DNA of 64,000 nucleotides from an uncultured Actinomycetes bacterium (lineage in GTDB: Bacteria > Actinomycetota > UBA4738 > HRBIN12), in contig CAVPIB010000001.1 in assembly GCA_963704885.1 (NCBI GenBank), forward strand, positions 480,001 through 544,000, written 5' to 3'. Within the stretch, counting starts at the first letter, position 1; every line of letters begins with the position of its first letter. Position numbers and translations under genes: made by a program. Positions 31,804-40,748 of the stretch are shown one piece after another. The notes below the pieces were generated by a model, which was not told the origin of the DNA, did no database searches, and was given only the letters and a program-made list of their open reading frames with translations.

Positions 31804-32769
31804 CTACCCATTCTGAAGCCGCCGGATCTCTTCAGTCACGGCCGGAACCACCGCGCGCAGGTCGCCGATCACGGCGTAGTCGGCGTGCGCCAGGATCGGC
31901 GCCTCGGGATCCGTGTTGATGGCCAGGATCTTCTTCGCCGCCTTGCATCCCACGATGTGCTGGATGGCGCCGCTGATGCCGCAGGCGATGTACAGGTCGG
32001 GCGCGATCCGCATGCCGGTCTGCCCGATCTGCTCCGCGTGCGGCCGCCAGCCCTGGCTCGTCACGGCGCGCGAGACACCTACGGCGCCCCCTAGTGCCGC
32101 GGCCAGTTCGTCCAGGCTTCGGAACCCCTCCGCGCTTCCCACGCCTCGGCCGCCGCCCACCACAACGCGCGCATCGCCTAGTGAGATCCGATCGCTCTGC
32201 GGTGCCTCGCGCCGGCTGACCATGACCCGCAGGTCGTCTTCCGATAGCGAGGGCGCGATCGTGCTGACGACCGGATCCCCACCAGGTGCTTCCTCGGGCA
32301 GCAGGGCGTGGGGCGCGACCGTGAGCAGTTTCACGCTCCCGGACAGGCGAGCCTCCTCCAGGAGGCTTCCCCCCCAGCGCTGGCGCGTGACGAGGTACTC
32401 GTCGCCCGGCTCGACCTCGATGCAGTTCGCGGCGAGCGGCTGCGCGGTCTTCGCCGCGACGTACGCCATGACCTCGTTCCCTCGGTCGCTGCCTGTGGCC
32501 AGAAGGGCTTGCGGTGACGACTCACCCATGACGTCCAGGATGCCCTGCGCCCATCCTGCCGGTGCGAAGTCCGAGAGGCGCTCGTCCCACACGGTGTGCA
32601 CGGTCCCCACCCCGAAGGCCTTCATCTGGCCGGCCATGGCGTCCGTTCCGATCGCGACGGCCTCGAGCGGCACGCCCACCGACGCCGCCAGACCTCGTCC
32701 GAACGTCAGAGCTTCCAGCGACAGCGTGTCCGCCACGCCGCCCTCGTGGTCCACCCAGACCAGGATCAT
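31804..32769 (-). CDS. etfA: Electron transfer flavoprotein alpha subunit
   Basis: VVGGGRG, QIGQTG, YIACGISGAIQH and AINTD motifs; ATGA overlap with etfB. Confidence 0.95.
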   Translation of the reverse strand: MILVWVDHEGGVADTLSLEALTFGRGLAASVGVPLEAVAIGTDAMAGQMKAFGVGTVHTVWDERLSDFAPAGWAQGILDVMGESSPQALLATGSDRGNEVMAYVAAKTAQPLAANCIEVEPGDEYLVTRQRWGGSLLEEARLSGSVKLLTVAPHALLPEEAPGGDPVVSTIAPSLSEDDLRVMVSRREAPQSDRISLGDARVVVGGGRGVGSAEGFRSLDELAAALGGAVGVSRAVTSQGWRPHAEQIGQTGMRIAPDLYIACGISGAIQHIVGCKAAKKILAINTDPEAPILAHADYAVIGDLRAVVPAVTEEIRRLQNG

Positions 32770-33539
32770 CGCTCGACCAATCCGAGCCGCGTCAAGACCT
32801 CGACGACCGCCGCGGCGGCATCTGGGCCCTCGCCCAGGATCTCGACCGAGCCCTCCTGCTCCAGGGGAAGCTTCAGCCGAACCCGCTCGAGCCCGGCGGG
32901 CACCGGGGTCGGCGCGATGCGTTCGATCTCTTTCTTCTTGGCGCGCATGCGTCCCGGGACCGAGGGATAGCGCGGGAGGTTGATGCCCTCCTTGACGGTG
33001 AAGACCGCCGGAAGCGCAACCTCGAAGATCTCCCATCCGCCCGCGGCGGCCTCTCGCCGCGCCGTGGCTCTGCCGTTCGAGACCTCTAGCCCTTTGATCC
33101 CCGATACGCACGGCAGGCCGAGCGTATGCGCGACCCTGATCGCCACCTGGTAGTCGCCCGTGTCGGCGGCCTCGTTGCCGAACATCAAGACGTCGAACCC
33201 GCGGCCCGCCTCCCGCTCGGCGCGGACCGTCTCCACGATAGCGCCCGCTGTGGCCGTCGGGTCCCACTCGGACCCGTCCGTCTCCAGCAGGATCGCGCGA
33301 TCCACACCCGTCGCTACCGCATCGCGGAGCTGCTCGGCCGCCACCTCCGGTCCCAGCGTCAGGACCGTGGCGCTCCCGCCGTGGGCCTCGACCAGGCGGA
33401 CGGCCTCTTCGACGGCGCACTCCTCGTGCGGGCTGACGGTGAACCCCAGGAACTTGGTGTCGATCGCCTGCTGGTCCTCGGTGAGGGTGATGCGGCCGCC
33501 CGTCGCCGGGACGCGTTTGACGCAGACCAGTATCTCCAC
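32766..33539 (-). CDS. etfB: Electron transfer flavoprotein beta subunit
   Basis: ILVCVKRVP, FGNEAADTG and INLPRYPS motifs. Confidence 0.95.
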   Translation of the reverse strand: MEILVCVKRVPATGGRITLTEDQQAIDTKFLGFTVSPHEECAVEEAVRLVEAHGGSATVLTLGPEVAAEQLRDAVATGVDRAILLETDGSEWDPTATAGAIVETVRAEREAGRGFDVLMFGNEAADTGDYQVAIRVAHTLGLPCVSGIKGLEVSNGRATARREAAAGGWEIFEVALPAVFTVKEGINLPRYPSVPGRMRAKKKEIERIAPTPVPAGLERVRLKLPLEQEGSVEILGEGPDAAAAVVEVLTRLGLVER

Positions 33540-33542
33540 GTC

Positions 33543-36059
33543 TTAGCCCTTCATCCGGGCGTTCTCAGGATCGAACAGCGGTGTGCTCCCCGCCACCGCG
33601 ACCGTCACCGGATAGCGTTCGCCGAAGTATTCGACGGCGAGCTCGACGCCCTCGCGTGCGTGCTCCGGCGGGAGGTAGCTCATGAGCAGATGTTTGCCGA
33701 CCGAGGGGCCTGACCCGGCGCTGGTGACGAACGAGCGCGTCCCGGTCGCGTCGGCGATCGGGTCGCCGTCGCGGGTGACGATGGGCTCGCGACCCATCAT
33801 GTAGCGGGCGACGCCGGAGGCAGACGTCGGATCGTCCACCGTCAGGGTGCAGAGCACCCGTACCGGATCCTCCGTTCGCTGCTTCAGGTAGGCGTCCTTG
33901 CCCACGAAGTCGTCGTCCTTGACGGTCGCCCGCGCCATACCGGCCTGGACCAGGTCGTGCTCCAGGTCCAGCTCGTTGCCGTGCGCTCGGTACCCTTTCT
34001 CCAGGCGTGCGGTCACCGCGTAGGCGCCGATCCCGACCGGGGCCATGTCGTGCGTCCGACCCGCCTCCCACAGCAGGTCCCACACCCGCGCTCCCTGCTC
34101 CATGGGGACGTAGATCTCCCAACCCAGCTCTCCCACGTAGGAGATGCGCGACGCAAGCGCCCGCACCGGCCCGAGCGTGATCCAGCGGCAGGTGGCGAAC
34201 CCGAAAGCATCGTCGGACATGTCGTCTTCGGTCACCGAGCCGACCACGTCGCGGGCGCGCGGACCCCACACACCCACCGTGCAGAGCGCCGACGTCGCGT
34301 CGAACAGCTGCGCCGAGCCGTCGTGGGGCAGATGGTCCAAGATCCACTTCCGATCGGCCATCCCGCCGTGGCCGCCCGTCACCACTCGGAACGACCGCTC
34401 ACCCAAGCGCATGATCGTGAGGTCCGCCTTGATGCCGCCCGCGTCGTTCAGGAAGGGCGTGTACACCACGCGGCCGACGGGCACGTCCATCCGGGCGACG
34501 GCGAGCCTCTGCAGGGTAGCCAGCGCGCCTGGACCTTCTACGTCGAAGATGGCGAACGCCGACAGGTCGACCATCCCGACCCGGTCACGCATGGCCAGGT
34601 GCTCGGCGTTGATGATCGGGGACCACCATCGCGACTCCCATTCCGCCTCGCGCGGCATCACGCGGTCGCCGTACTCATCCAGAAGCGAGGCGTTGGAGCC
34701 GTACCAGTACGGCCGCTCCCAGCCGACCGCCTCGTAGAACACGGCGTCCAGCTCGCGCTCCCGCGCGTTGAACGGACTCAGCCGCACGTCGCGGTTCGAT
34801 GCCCATTGCTCCATGGGGTGGACGATGCCGTACGTCTTGTTGAATCCCTCGGCCGAGCGCGACTCGATGTGGGCTCGCGTCCGCTGATGCGGGTAGAAGC
34901 GAGCGATGTCCGATCCGTGCGGGTCGATCTCGGGCTTGCCGTCCGTCATCCACTCGGCGACCATGCTGGCGATCCCCGGCGCCTCCTTGATCCAGATGGC
35001 GGCGGCGGACCAGAGACCTCCGACCTCGGGCGTCTCGCCCAGGATCGGCATCCCGTCGGGCGTCAGGGACAACAGGCCGTTGATCCCGTAGCGGATGCCG
35101 ACCCTCTCGTCGCCCAAGATGTCGGGCACGAGCTCGAGCGCCTGCTCCATCTGCGGATCGAAGTCGTCCTGCGTCAAAGGGAGCTCGGTGGGGGAGAGCG
35201 CCGACTCCTCGATCGAGGGGATGTCGTCGGCGTCCATCAGGATCGGCCGGTGCGCGTAGGAGCCGACCTCCAGGTCGCCTCCGTGCTGGCGCTCGTACAT
35301 GTTGGTGTCCATGTCACGGACGATCGGGTAGGAGATCTCGCCGACCGTGTCGGCGAACAGCGGCACGGGCCCGACGCTGATCATCTGGTGGACGGCGGGC
35401 GTGAGCGGGATGGAGGCGCCGGCCATCTTGGCGATGCGCGGGCTCCAGATCCCGCAACACACCACGACGGTCTCGGCCCGGATGTCACCCTCGGTCGTGC
35501 GAACGCCGCGCACGCGCCCGCCTTCGACGTCGACGCCGGTGATCTCGGCGCCGGCCACCACGGTCAGTGCACCGAGCTCGGTCGCTTTCTCGCGCATCAG
35601 CGTGCCGGCACGCAGCGAGTCCACCACGCCGACGCCCGGCGTGTGGAAGCCGCCCAGGATCACGCCCTCCTCCACGTAGGGCACCAGCTCCTTCACCTGC
35701 GCGGGCGTGAGCAGTTCGGAGTCGATCCCCCACGAGCGGCTGGACGCCATCCGCCGCTTCAGCTCCTCCATCCGCTCGGGGGTGCGCGCCACCTCGATGC
35801 CGCCGCTCTGGGTGAAGACGCCGAGGTGCTGGTACTGGTGGACGCTGTCCAGCGTGAGGTCTGTCATCTCCTTGGAGTGATCCACCAGGAAGATGAAGTT
35901 GGAGGCGTGTCCGGTGGAGCCGCCCGGGTTGGGGAGCGGCCCCTTGTCCAGGAGCACGATGTCCTTCCATCCGTGCAGGGCCAGTTGGTAGGCGATGCTG
36001 TTACCGACGATGCCGGCGCCGATCACGACGACACCAGCTTCGGAAGGCGTTGGGCTCAT
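33543..36059 (-). CDS. GcvT-family dimethylglycine dehydrogenase/oxidase-like flavoprotein
   Basis: GAGIVG, GGSTGHA, SLTPDG, RISYVGELGWE and RLEKGYR motifs. Confidence 0.95.
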   Translation of the reverse strand: MSPTPSEAGVVVIGAGIVGNSIAYQLALHGWKDIVLLDKGPLPNPGGSTGHASNFIFLVDHSKEMTDLTLDSVHQYQHLGVFTQSGGIEVARTPERMEELKRRMASSRSWGIDSELLTPAQVKELVPYVEEGVILGGFHTPGVGVVDSLRAGTLMREKATELGALTVVAGAEITGVDVEGGRVRGVRTTEGDIRAETVVVCCGIWSPRIAKMAGASIPLTPAVHQMISVGPVPLFADTVGEISYPIVRDMDTNMYERQHGGDLEVGSYAHRPILMDADDIPSIEESALSPTELPLTQDDFDPQMEQALELVPDILGDERVGIRYGINGLLSLTPDGMPILGETPEVGGLWSAAAIWIKEAPGIASMVAEWMTDGKPEIDPHGSDIARFYPHQRTRAHIESRSAEGFNKTYGIVHPMEQWASNRDVRLSPFNARERELDAVFYEAVGWERPYWYGSNASLLDEYGDRVMPREAEWESRWWSPIINAEHLAMRDRVGMVDLSAFAIFDVEGPGALATLQRLAVARMDVPVGRVVYTPFLNDAGGIKADLTIMRLGERSFRVVTGGHGGMADRKWILDHLPHDGSAQLFDATSALCTVGVWGPRARDVVGSVTEDDMSDDAFGFATCRWITLGPVRALASRISYVGELGWEIYVPMEQGARVWDLLWEAGRTHDMAPVGIGAYAVTARLEKGYRAHGNELDLEHDLVQAGMARATVKDDDFVGKDAYLKQRTEDPVRVLCTLTVDDPTSASGVARYMMGREPIVTRDGDPIADATGTRSFVTSAGSGPSVGKHLLMSYLPPEHAREGVELAVEYFGERYPVTVAVAGSTPLFDPENARMKG

Positions 36060-36126
36060 GCGGCCGGGCTCCTCTCGGGTTCCAGGGACGCATGATGACG
36101 GACCGCGCCGCCGGTTGTCTCGTCGC

Positions 36127-36396
36127 TCAGGCGGTCGGGTCGGCCGACTTCGACGCTTTGGCGATCACGCTGATCGCGACCGACCCCTGCCGCTCCTCGG
36201 GGATCAGTCGACGCATCAATCCCACGATCTCGTCGGTGAAGAGTGGGTACAGCTGCGCGTCGGCTATCCCATACGGTTGATGCGCACCGATCCAGATATC
36301 GGAGAAGCCGATCCTGTCCATCTTCCGGGCGAAGACACGCTCTGCTATGGCGTCAGACACTCATCCGGCCCAGGCGGCATCACTCGTCAAGAACAT
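36127..36396 (-). CDS. Candidate selenoprotein (in-frame UGA at 36361-36363) resembling the C-terminal part of arsenite methyltransferase-like proteins; may be 5'-truncated
   Basis: MFLTSDAAWAG-TGA-VSDAIAERVFARKMDRIGFSDI...; matches the ArsM-type WAGC(I/V)xGA...GFxDI context with UGA in place of Cys; SECIS-like hairpin downstream. Confidence 0.7.
36315..36342 (-). promoter_or_regulatory. Bacterial SECIS-like hairpin
   Basis: mRNA GUCUUC-GCCCG-GAAGAU stem-loop; apical loop starts with G and lies ~30 nt 3' of the UGA. Confidence 0.6.
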
Positions 36397-36439
36397 CGAC
36401 GCGGCGTTCTCCCATCCGCTCCGGTGGAACGAGCGCCGT

Positions 36440-36570
36440 GGGCACGACCGTCTCTGGATCCTCGACGTTGGAGGCACTCAGCTCACCGTCGATGCATCCT
36501 TCTTCCCCGGAGGAGTGACTCGGATCGGGCGGAGCTCCTGCATATCGCGGAGTCCGTCACGACCGAGTGA
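36440..36570 (+). pseudogene. 3' remnant of an actinobacterial exported-protein gene
   Basis: HDRLWILDVGGTQLTVDASFFPG followed, after a frame change, by SDRAELLHIAESVTTE*; no 5' part present. Confidence 0.45.
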
Positions 36571-36652
36571 GGCGCCGACTCTCGACGCGAGCCCCCTGAC
36601 ACTCCAGAGTCCCTCGTGAACCGTTCGGTGGCGTTGAAGCGACAGGTGGGAT

Positions 36653-37189
36653 ATGAGGGACGAGCACGACGACGACCCATCGGATGATCGCCTCGTCGTT
36701 GCGATCGGCGGCGGTGATGGCGACGCGCTGCGAACGCTCTACGAGCGCCACGCGCCCTGGCTGATCCTGCGCCTCTCGCGCCGGTGCGCCGATCCCGCGA
36801 TCGTCGAGGAGGTCGTCCAGGACACGTTCCTCGCCGTGTGGCGAGGCGCCCGCCGCTACCGCGGTCAGGGTGAGGTGGCCGCCTGGATCTGGGGGATCGG
36901 GATCCGCCGTCTGATCGACCATCTGCGCCGGCGTTCGATGCTCTCGGCGTTCCGCGAGCGGTCGCGGATGGAGCCCTCAGCCGAGGAAATGGTCCTGCTC
37001 GGGATCGAGCACGGCGACGTGGGAAGCGCGATGAACCGGCTCTCACCGGAGCTGCGCGCGGTCCTGCAAGCCACGATCTTGGACGGCCTGACCACCCGCG
37101 AGGCGGCGCGCCTCCTGGGGATCCCACAAGGCACCGTGAAGACCCGATTGATGAGAGCTCGGCGAGAACTCCGGGAGGCACTGGCATGA
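36653..37189 (+). CDS. ECF RNA polymerase sigma factor
   Basis: EEVVQDTFLAVW, WIWGIGIRRLID and LGIPQGTVKTRLMRAR motifs. Confidence 0.93.
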   Translation: MRDEHDDDPSDDRLVVAIGGGDGDALRTLYERHAPWLILRLSRRCADPAIVEEVVQDTFLAVWRGARRYRGQGEVAAWIWGIGIRRLIDHLRRRSMLSAFRERSRMEPSAEEMVLLGIEHGDVGSAMNRLSPELRAVLQATILDGLTTREAARLLGIPQGTVKTRLMRARRELREALA

Positions 37190-38004
37190 ACTGGCACGTT
37201 CACGACGACACCCTCGACGCGTACACCAGCGGGCGGATCGACGACGCATCGGCACTCTCGGTCGAAGCGCATGTCCTTTCCTGTGCCGCGTGCCGGCACA
37301 CCCTCGCGGGGGGCGTCGATCCTGTCCGCCGGGACCGGATCTGGAACGAGATCGAGGACGCGATCGACGCACCACGGGCCGGCATCGCGGAACGCGTGCT
37401 GATCGCGTTCGGCGTGCGCGCCCACGTGGCGCGACTGGTCGTTACGGCACCGTCCCTTGGTTCGGCCTGGCTGCTGGCCGTGGCGGCGAGCCTGATCTTC
37501 GCTGCGATCGCATCGCGGGCCATCGCGGACGACCCGATGCCGTTCCTGATCCTGGCACCACTGGTGCCCGTCGTGGGTGTCGGCTCAGCGTTCGGGCGGA
37601 CCGGGGACCCTGCGTGGGAGATCGGGCTGGCAACGCCGACCGGTGGCCTCCGGCTGCTGCTCTTCCGCACAGCCGGGGTGCTCGCGGCCTCCATGCTGTT
37701 CGCGGGACTCGCCGCGGTCGCGCTGCCGGAGCCGGGCTGGAGCGCGGCGGCCTGGCTCCTGCCGGCGCTCGCCTTCACGATGCTCACCCTCGCCTTGTCG
37801 ACCACGGCGATGTCGGCGACCACCGCGGCCACGGTCGTGGGGGCAGGCTGGCTCGCCACGGTCGCCGTGATCGAACGCCTCGCGACCGAGCCGCTCGCCT
37901 CGTACGGGGCGGCCGCCCAGGTTTCCTTCGCCGTCCTCGCCGTCGTGTCGGTGGCGGTGGTGGCGGCTCGCCATGCGGCTTTCGAACGACCAACACAGAT
38001 CTGA
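37186..38004 (+). CDS. zf-HC2 membrane anti-sigma-like protein
   Basis: HVLSCAAC (HxxxCxxC) followed by ~6 TM helices; ATGA overlap with the sigma gene. Confidence 0.88.
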   Translation: MNWHVHDDTLDAYTSGRIDDASALSVEAHVLSCAACRHTLAGGVDPVRRDRIWNEIEDAIDAPRAGIAERVLIAFGVRAHVARLVVTAPSLGSAWLLAVAASLIFAAIASRAIADDPMPFLILAPLVPVVGVGSAFGRTGDPAWEIGLATPTGGLRLLLFRTAGVLAASMLFAGLAAVALPEPGWSAAAWLLPALAFTMLTLALSTTAMSATTAATVVGAGWLATVAVIERLATEPLASYGAAAQVSFAVLAVVSVAVVAARHAAFERPTQI

Positions 38005-38016
38005 AGGGAGCACGTG

Positions 38017-38886
38017 ATGGATGCGATGAACATCGAGATGACGGAGATCGAGAAGCGGTTCGGAGCGGTGCGCGCGCTCGACCACGTCTCGTTCTCTGCA
38101 GGACCCGGCGTGACGGGGCTGCTCGGCCCCAACGGCGCGGGCAAGACCACGCTGCTGCGATTGGTCGCCACCGTGCTGGCGCCCGACGGTGGCACGATCC
38201 GGCTCCTCGACCGGGATCCGGCGCGATCCGGCGATCGGGTCGAGATCCGGCGCCGCCTCGGCTACATGCCGCAGGAGCCCGGCTTCTACCAGCGGTTCAC
38301 CGCGTTCGAGTTCGTGGACTACGTGGCGATCCTGAAGGAGATGACCGACCGCACGGTCCGTCACGACGAGGTGCGCCGGGTCCTGGGCCAGGTCGGGCTC
38401 GGCGATGTCGCCCGTCGGAAGATCAAGACGCTCTCCGGTGGGATGCGGCGGCGACTCGCGCTCGCGCAGGCGTTGCTCGGCGATGCCGACCTCCTCCTGC
38501 TGGATGAACCCACCGCCGGCCTCGACCCCGAGCAACGCCTGCGCTTCCGGGAAGTGGTGTCCCAGCTCCCCAACCGCCCAACCGTGCTGCTGTCGACGCA
38601 CCAGACCGAAGACATCACGGCGCTCTGCGAACGGGTCATCGTCCTCGCTGGCGGACATATGCGGTTCGACGGCGCGCCGAACGATCTCGCCCGGACGGCC
38701 GGCGGACATGTCTGGGTCGGCGACGAGCGGGATCCCGAAGCCGTCCTGTCGTGGCGGATGGGCGACGGGCGGCACCGCCACATCGGCGATCCGCCCCCCG
38801 GGGCCTCGATGGTGGACCCGACGATCGACGACGCCTACCTGCTGCTGGCGGGGAATGAACGGCAGCTCGAGGGAGCGGCGGCATGA
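38017..38886 (+). CDS. ABC transporter ATP-binding protein
   Basis: GPNGAGKT, LSGGM, LLLLDEP and STH motifs. Confidence 0.95.
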   Translation: MDAMNIEMTEIEKRFGAVRALDHVSFSAGPGVTGLLGPNGAGKTTLLRLVATVLAPDGGTIRLLDRDPARSGDRVEIRRRLGYMPQEPGFYQRFTAFEFVDYVAILKEMTDRTVRHDEVRRVLGQVGLGDVARRKIKTLSGGMRRRLALAQALLGDADLLLLDEPTAGLDPEQRLRFREVVSQLPNRPTVLLSTHQTEDITALCERVIVLAGGHMRFDGAPNDLARTAGGHVWVGDERDPEAVLSWRMGDGRHRHIGDPPPGASMVDPTIDDAYLLLAGNERQLEGAAA

Positions 38887-39680
38887 GGGCGGCGACGAGC
38901 TCACCGACCCCGCGCGTCGTCGCCGCGCTGGCTCGCGCGGAGGGCCGCGAGGCGATCGGCCACCCCGTTCTGATCGTCGGCGTGGTGTTCGTCCTCATCG
39001 GAAGCGTCCCCTTCCTGGTGTCGGTCTTCACGCGAACGGGTGTCTCGTGGGGCGACGACGGATGGACCGTCGGTGTGGGCTTCATGTTGTACGGGATCCT
39101 GACAATGGTTGCCGCGAACCAGGCCGCGCTCCGGGACCGCCGGCAGCACACGCGGGAGCAACACGCGACGCTCCCGGTGCCCATGCCGACGCGGACGAGC
39201 GGCCTGCTCGCCGCGCTGATATGGCCCACCGCGGTCGCGGCCGCGCTCCTTGCGGTGGTCGGCGGCATCGCGACCGCGGGTGGCGTCGGTCTCGAGAGCG
39301 CTCAAGCGGTCGCGGCGGCGGAGCGTGTTTCCGGCGTGCTGCTCCTGGGGGCCATCGGGATCGCGATCGCCTTCTGGATCCCGAACGTCTTCGTCGCACC
39401 CTTGCTGGCGTGGGCGTTCTTCCTCGTGCACCCGGGTGACCCGGCGCAGGCTTGGCACAGCCTCTGGCCCTTCGCCACCCTCGAGAGCACGGGACTGGCG
39501 ATGTGGCACTTCGCCTACGTGGCCGGCCTCACGGTGGCGTTCGCGCTGATCGCGCTCGCGGGGACGAGCCGGCTCCGTTCGCTCGTGGTTCCCGCGCTCG
39601 CCGCAACCGCCGTGATCGCGGCATCGGTCGCAGTTCTGCTGGTTCGAACCTGCCCAGAGCTCCGCCCGTGTCTGCTGTGA
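38883..39680 (+). CDS. ABC transporter permease-like membrane protein
   Basis: Multiple TM helices; ATGA-coupled to the ATPase gene. Confidence 0.75.
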   Translation: MRAATSSPTPRVVAALARAEGREAIGHPVLIVGVVFVLIGSVPFLVSVFTRTGVSWGDDGWTVGVGFMLYGILTMVAANQAALRDRRQHTREQHATLPVPMPTRTSGLLAALIWPTAVAAALLAVVGGIATAGGVGLESAQAVAAAERVSGVLLLGAIGIAIAFWIPNVFVAPLLAWAFFLVHPGDPAQAWHSLWPFATLESTGLAMWHFAYVAGLTVAFALIALAGTSRLRSLVVPALAATAVIAASVAVLLVRTCPELRPCLL

Positions 39681-40288
39681 GCATGACCGGAGCCCGGGAG
39701 GGCTGGCGCTATCACGCCCGAACGATCCCGGCCCTCCCTCCGGCGGTGGTCACCGCGGTGGCGGTCATGGTCGTCGCGCTTCAACACGGGCAGGCGGCGG
39801 CATTCCCCTTGCAGGTGGTCTCGATCGCGCTCGCCAGCGGCGTCGGTGCCACGCTGGACGATCCGGCGTTCGAGATCATGGCGGCCTCGCCGACCTCGCT
39901 CCTGCGTCGACGCGTGCAGCGTTTCTCCGTCGTCGGGCCGCCGGCCGTGACGCTGTGGGCACTGCTGCTCCTGTGGCAAGGCACGGCAGGAAGCGAGGAG
40001 ACGTGGGCCCTCGTCGCGATGTTCGCCGGATTGATGGGCCTGAGCCTGGGGATCGCCGGCTTCGCAACCCGCCGGTCTAGCCGCGGTCATGGCGGGCTCG
40101 TGGTGGCCCCGACGCTCTTCATCGCCGTGGTCATCTCCACCACGCTGCCACCGCGATGGAGGCCGCTCCCGCTCGGTGACATCCCTGGCGGGTGGACGCC
40201 GATCTATCGGCGGTGGGCCGCGGCCGCGATCGCGGGAGTCCTGGCGTTCCTGCTGTCGTCGCGGGATCCGGCGGTGGGGGTTCGGTAG
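39677..40288 (+). CDS. ABC transporter-associated membrane protein
   Basis: GTGA overlap; hydrophobic; LDDPAFEIMAASP motif. Confidence 0.75.
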   Translation: MSMTGAREGWRYHARTIPALPPAVVTAVAVMVVALQHGQAAAFPLQVVSIALASGVGATLDDPAFEIMAASPTSLLRRRVQRFSVVGPPAVTLWALLLLWQGTAGSEETWALVAMFAGLMGLSLGIAGFATRRSSRGHGGLVVAPTLFIAVVISTTLPPRWRPLPLGDIPGGWTPIYRRWAAAAIAGVLAFLLSSRDPAVGVR

Positions 40289-40748
40289 GGCCTACCGAGA
40301 GAACGCACCGAGCGTCTCGTCGAGCGTTGAGCTGAGGAGGTCGAGGCGTTCCTCGTGCGTCGAGCCCAGTGGCAGGCTCGACGCCGCTCTCCGGGCGAGG
40401 CCTTCTCCCGATCGGCTTCTTCGCCTTCCCATGGCGCGTGGTCACCGCTCGGCTCGCGATTCGGATCTGGCTTGAGTGCAATAGGTTGGCGATCGGCAGA
40501 CATGACGAGTTGGTCACTGCCCAGGTTGGGGCATCAAACCTCCCAGGTAGTCCCCCGGCAGCAGCCCGATACGTCCCCCGGCGTGGCCCCCAGAATCGGT
40601 CGCCTTGGGGATGGATGCGAACGGTGCCCCGGGCTACTGTTCGCTCCTGCCGCTCGACGGGGCACCTGACTGGCCGAGCGGCGCCCCCTCTGCTTCGTTC
40701 CCCCGTGCTTCGTCTTCCCCTCGTGCTGCTTGAAGGGAGGACGGTTTC

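Noticed and set aside
27988-36095. Long antisense or alternate-frame ORFs (e.g. 27988-29571, 33957-36095; also 58335-60377)
   Set aside because: They are shadow ORFs of high-GC genes: Arg/Pro/Ala-rich, without motifs, and overlapping well-supported CDSs.
40290-40503. Short minus-strand ORFs between the ABC operon and tadA
   Set aside because: No recognisable motif or clear RBS, so a gene call cannot be supported.
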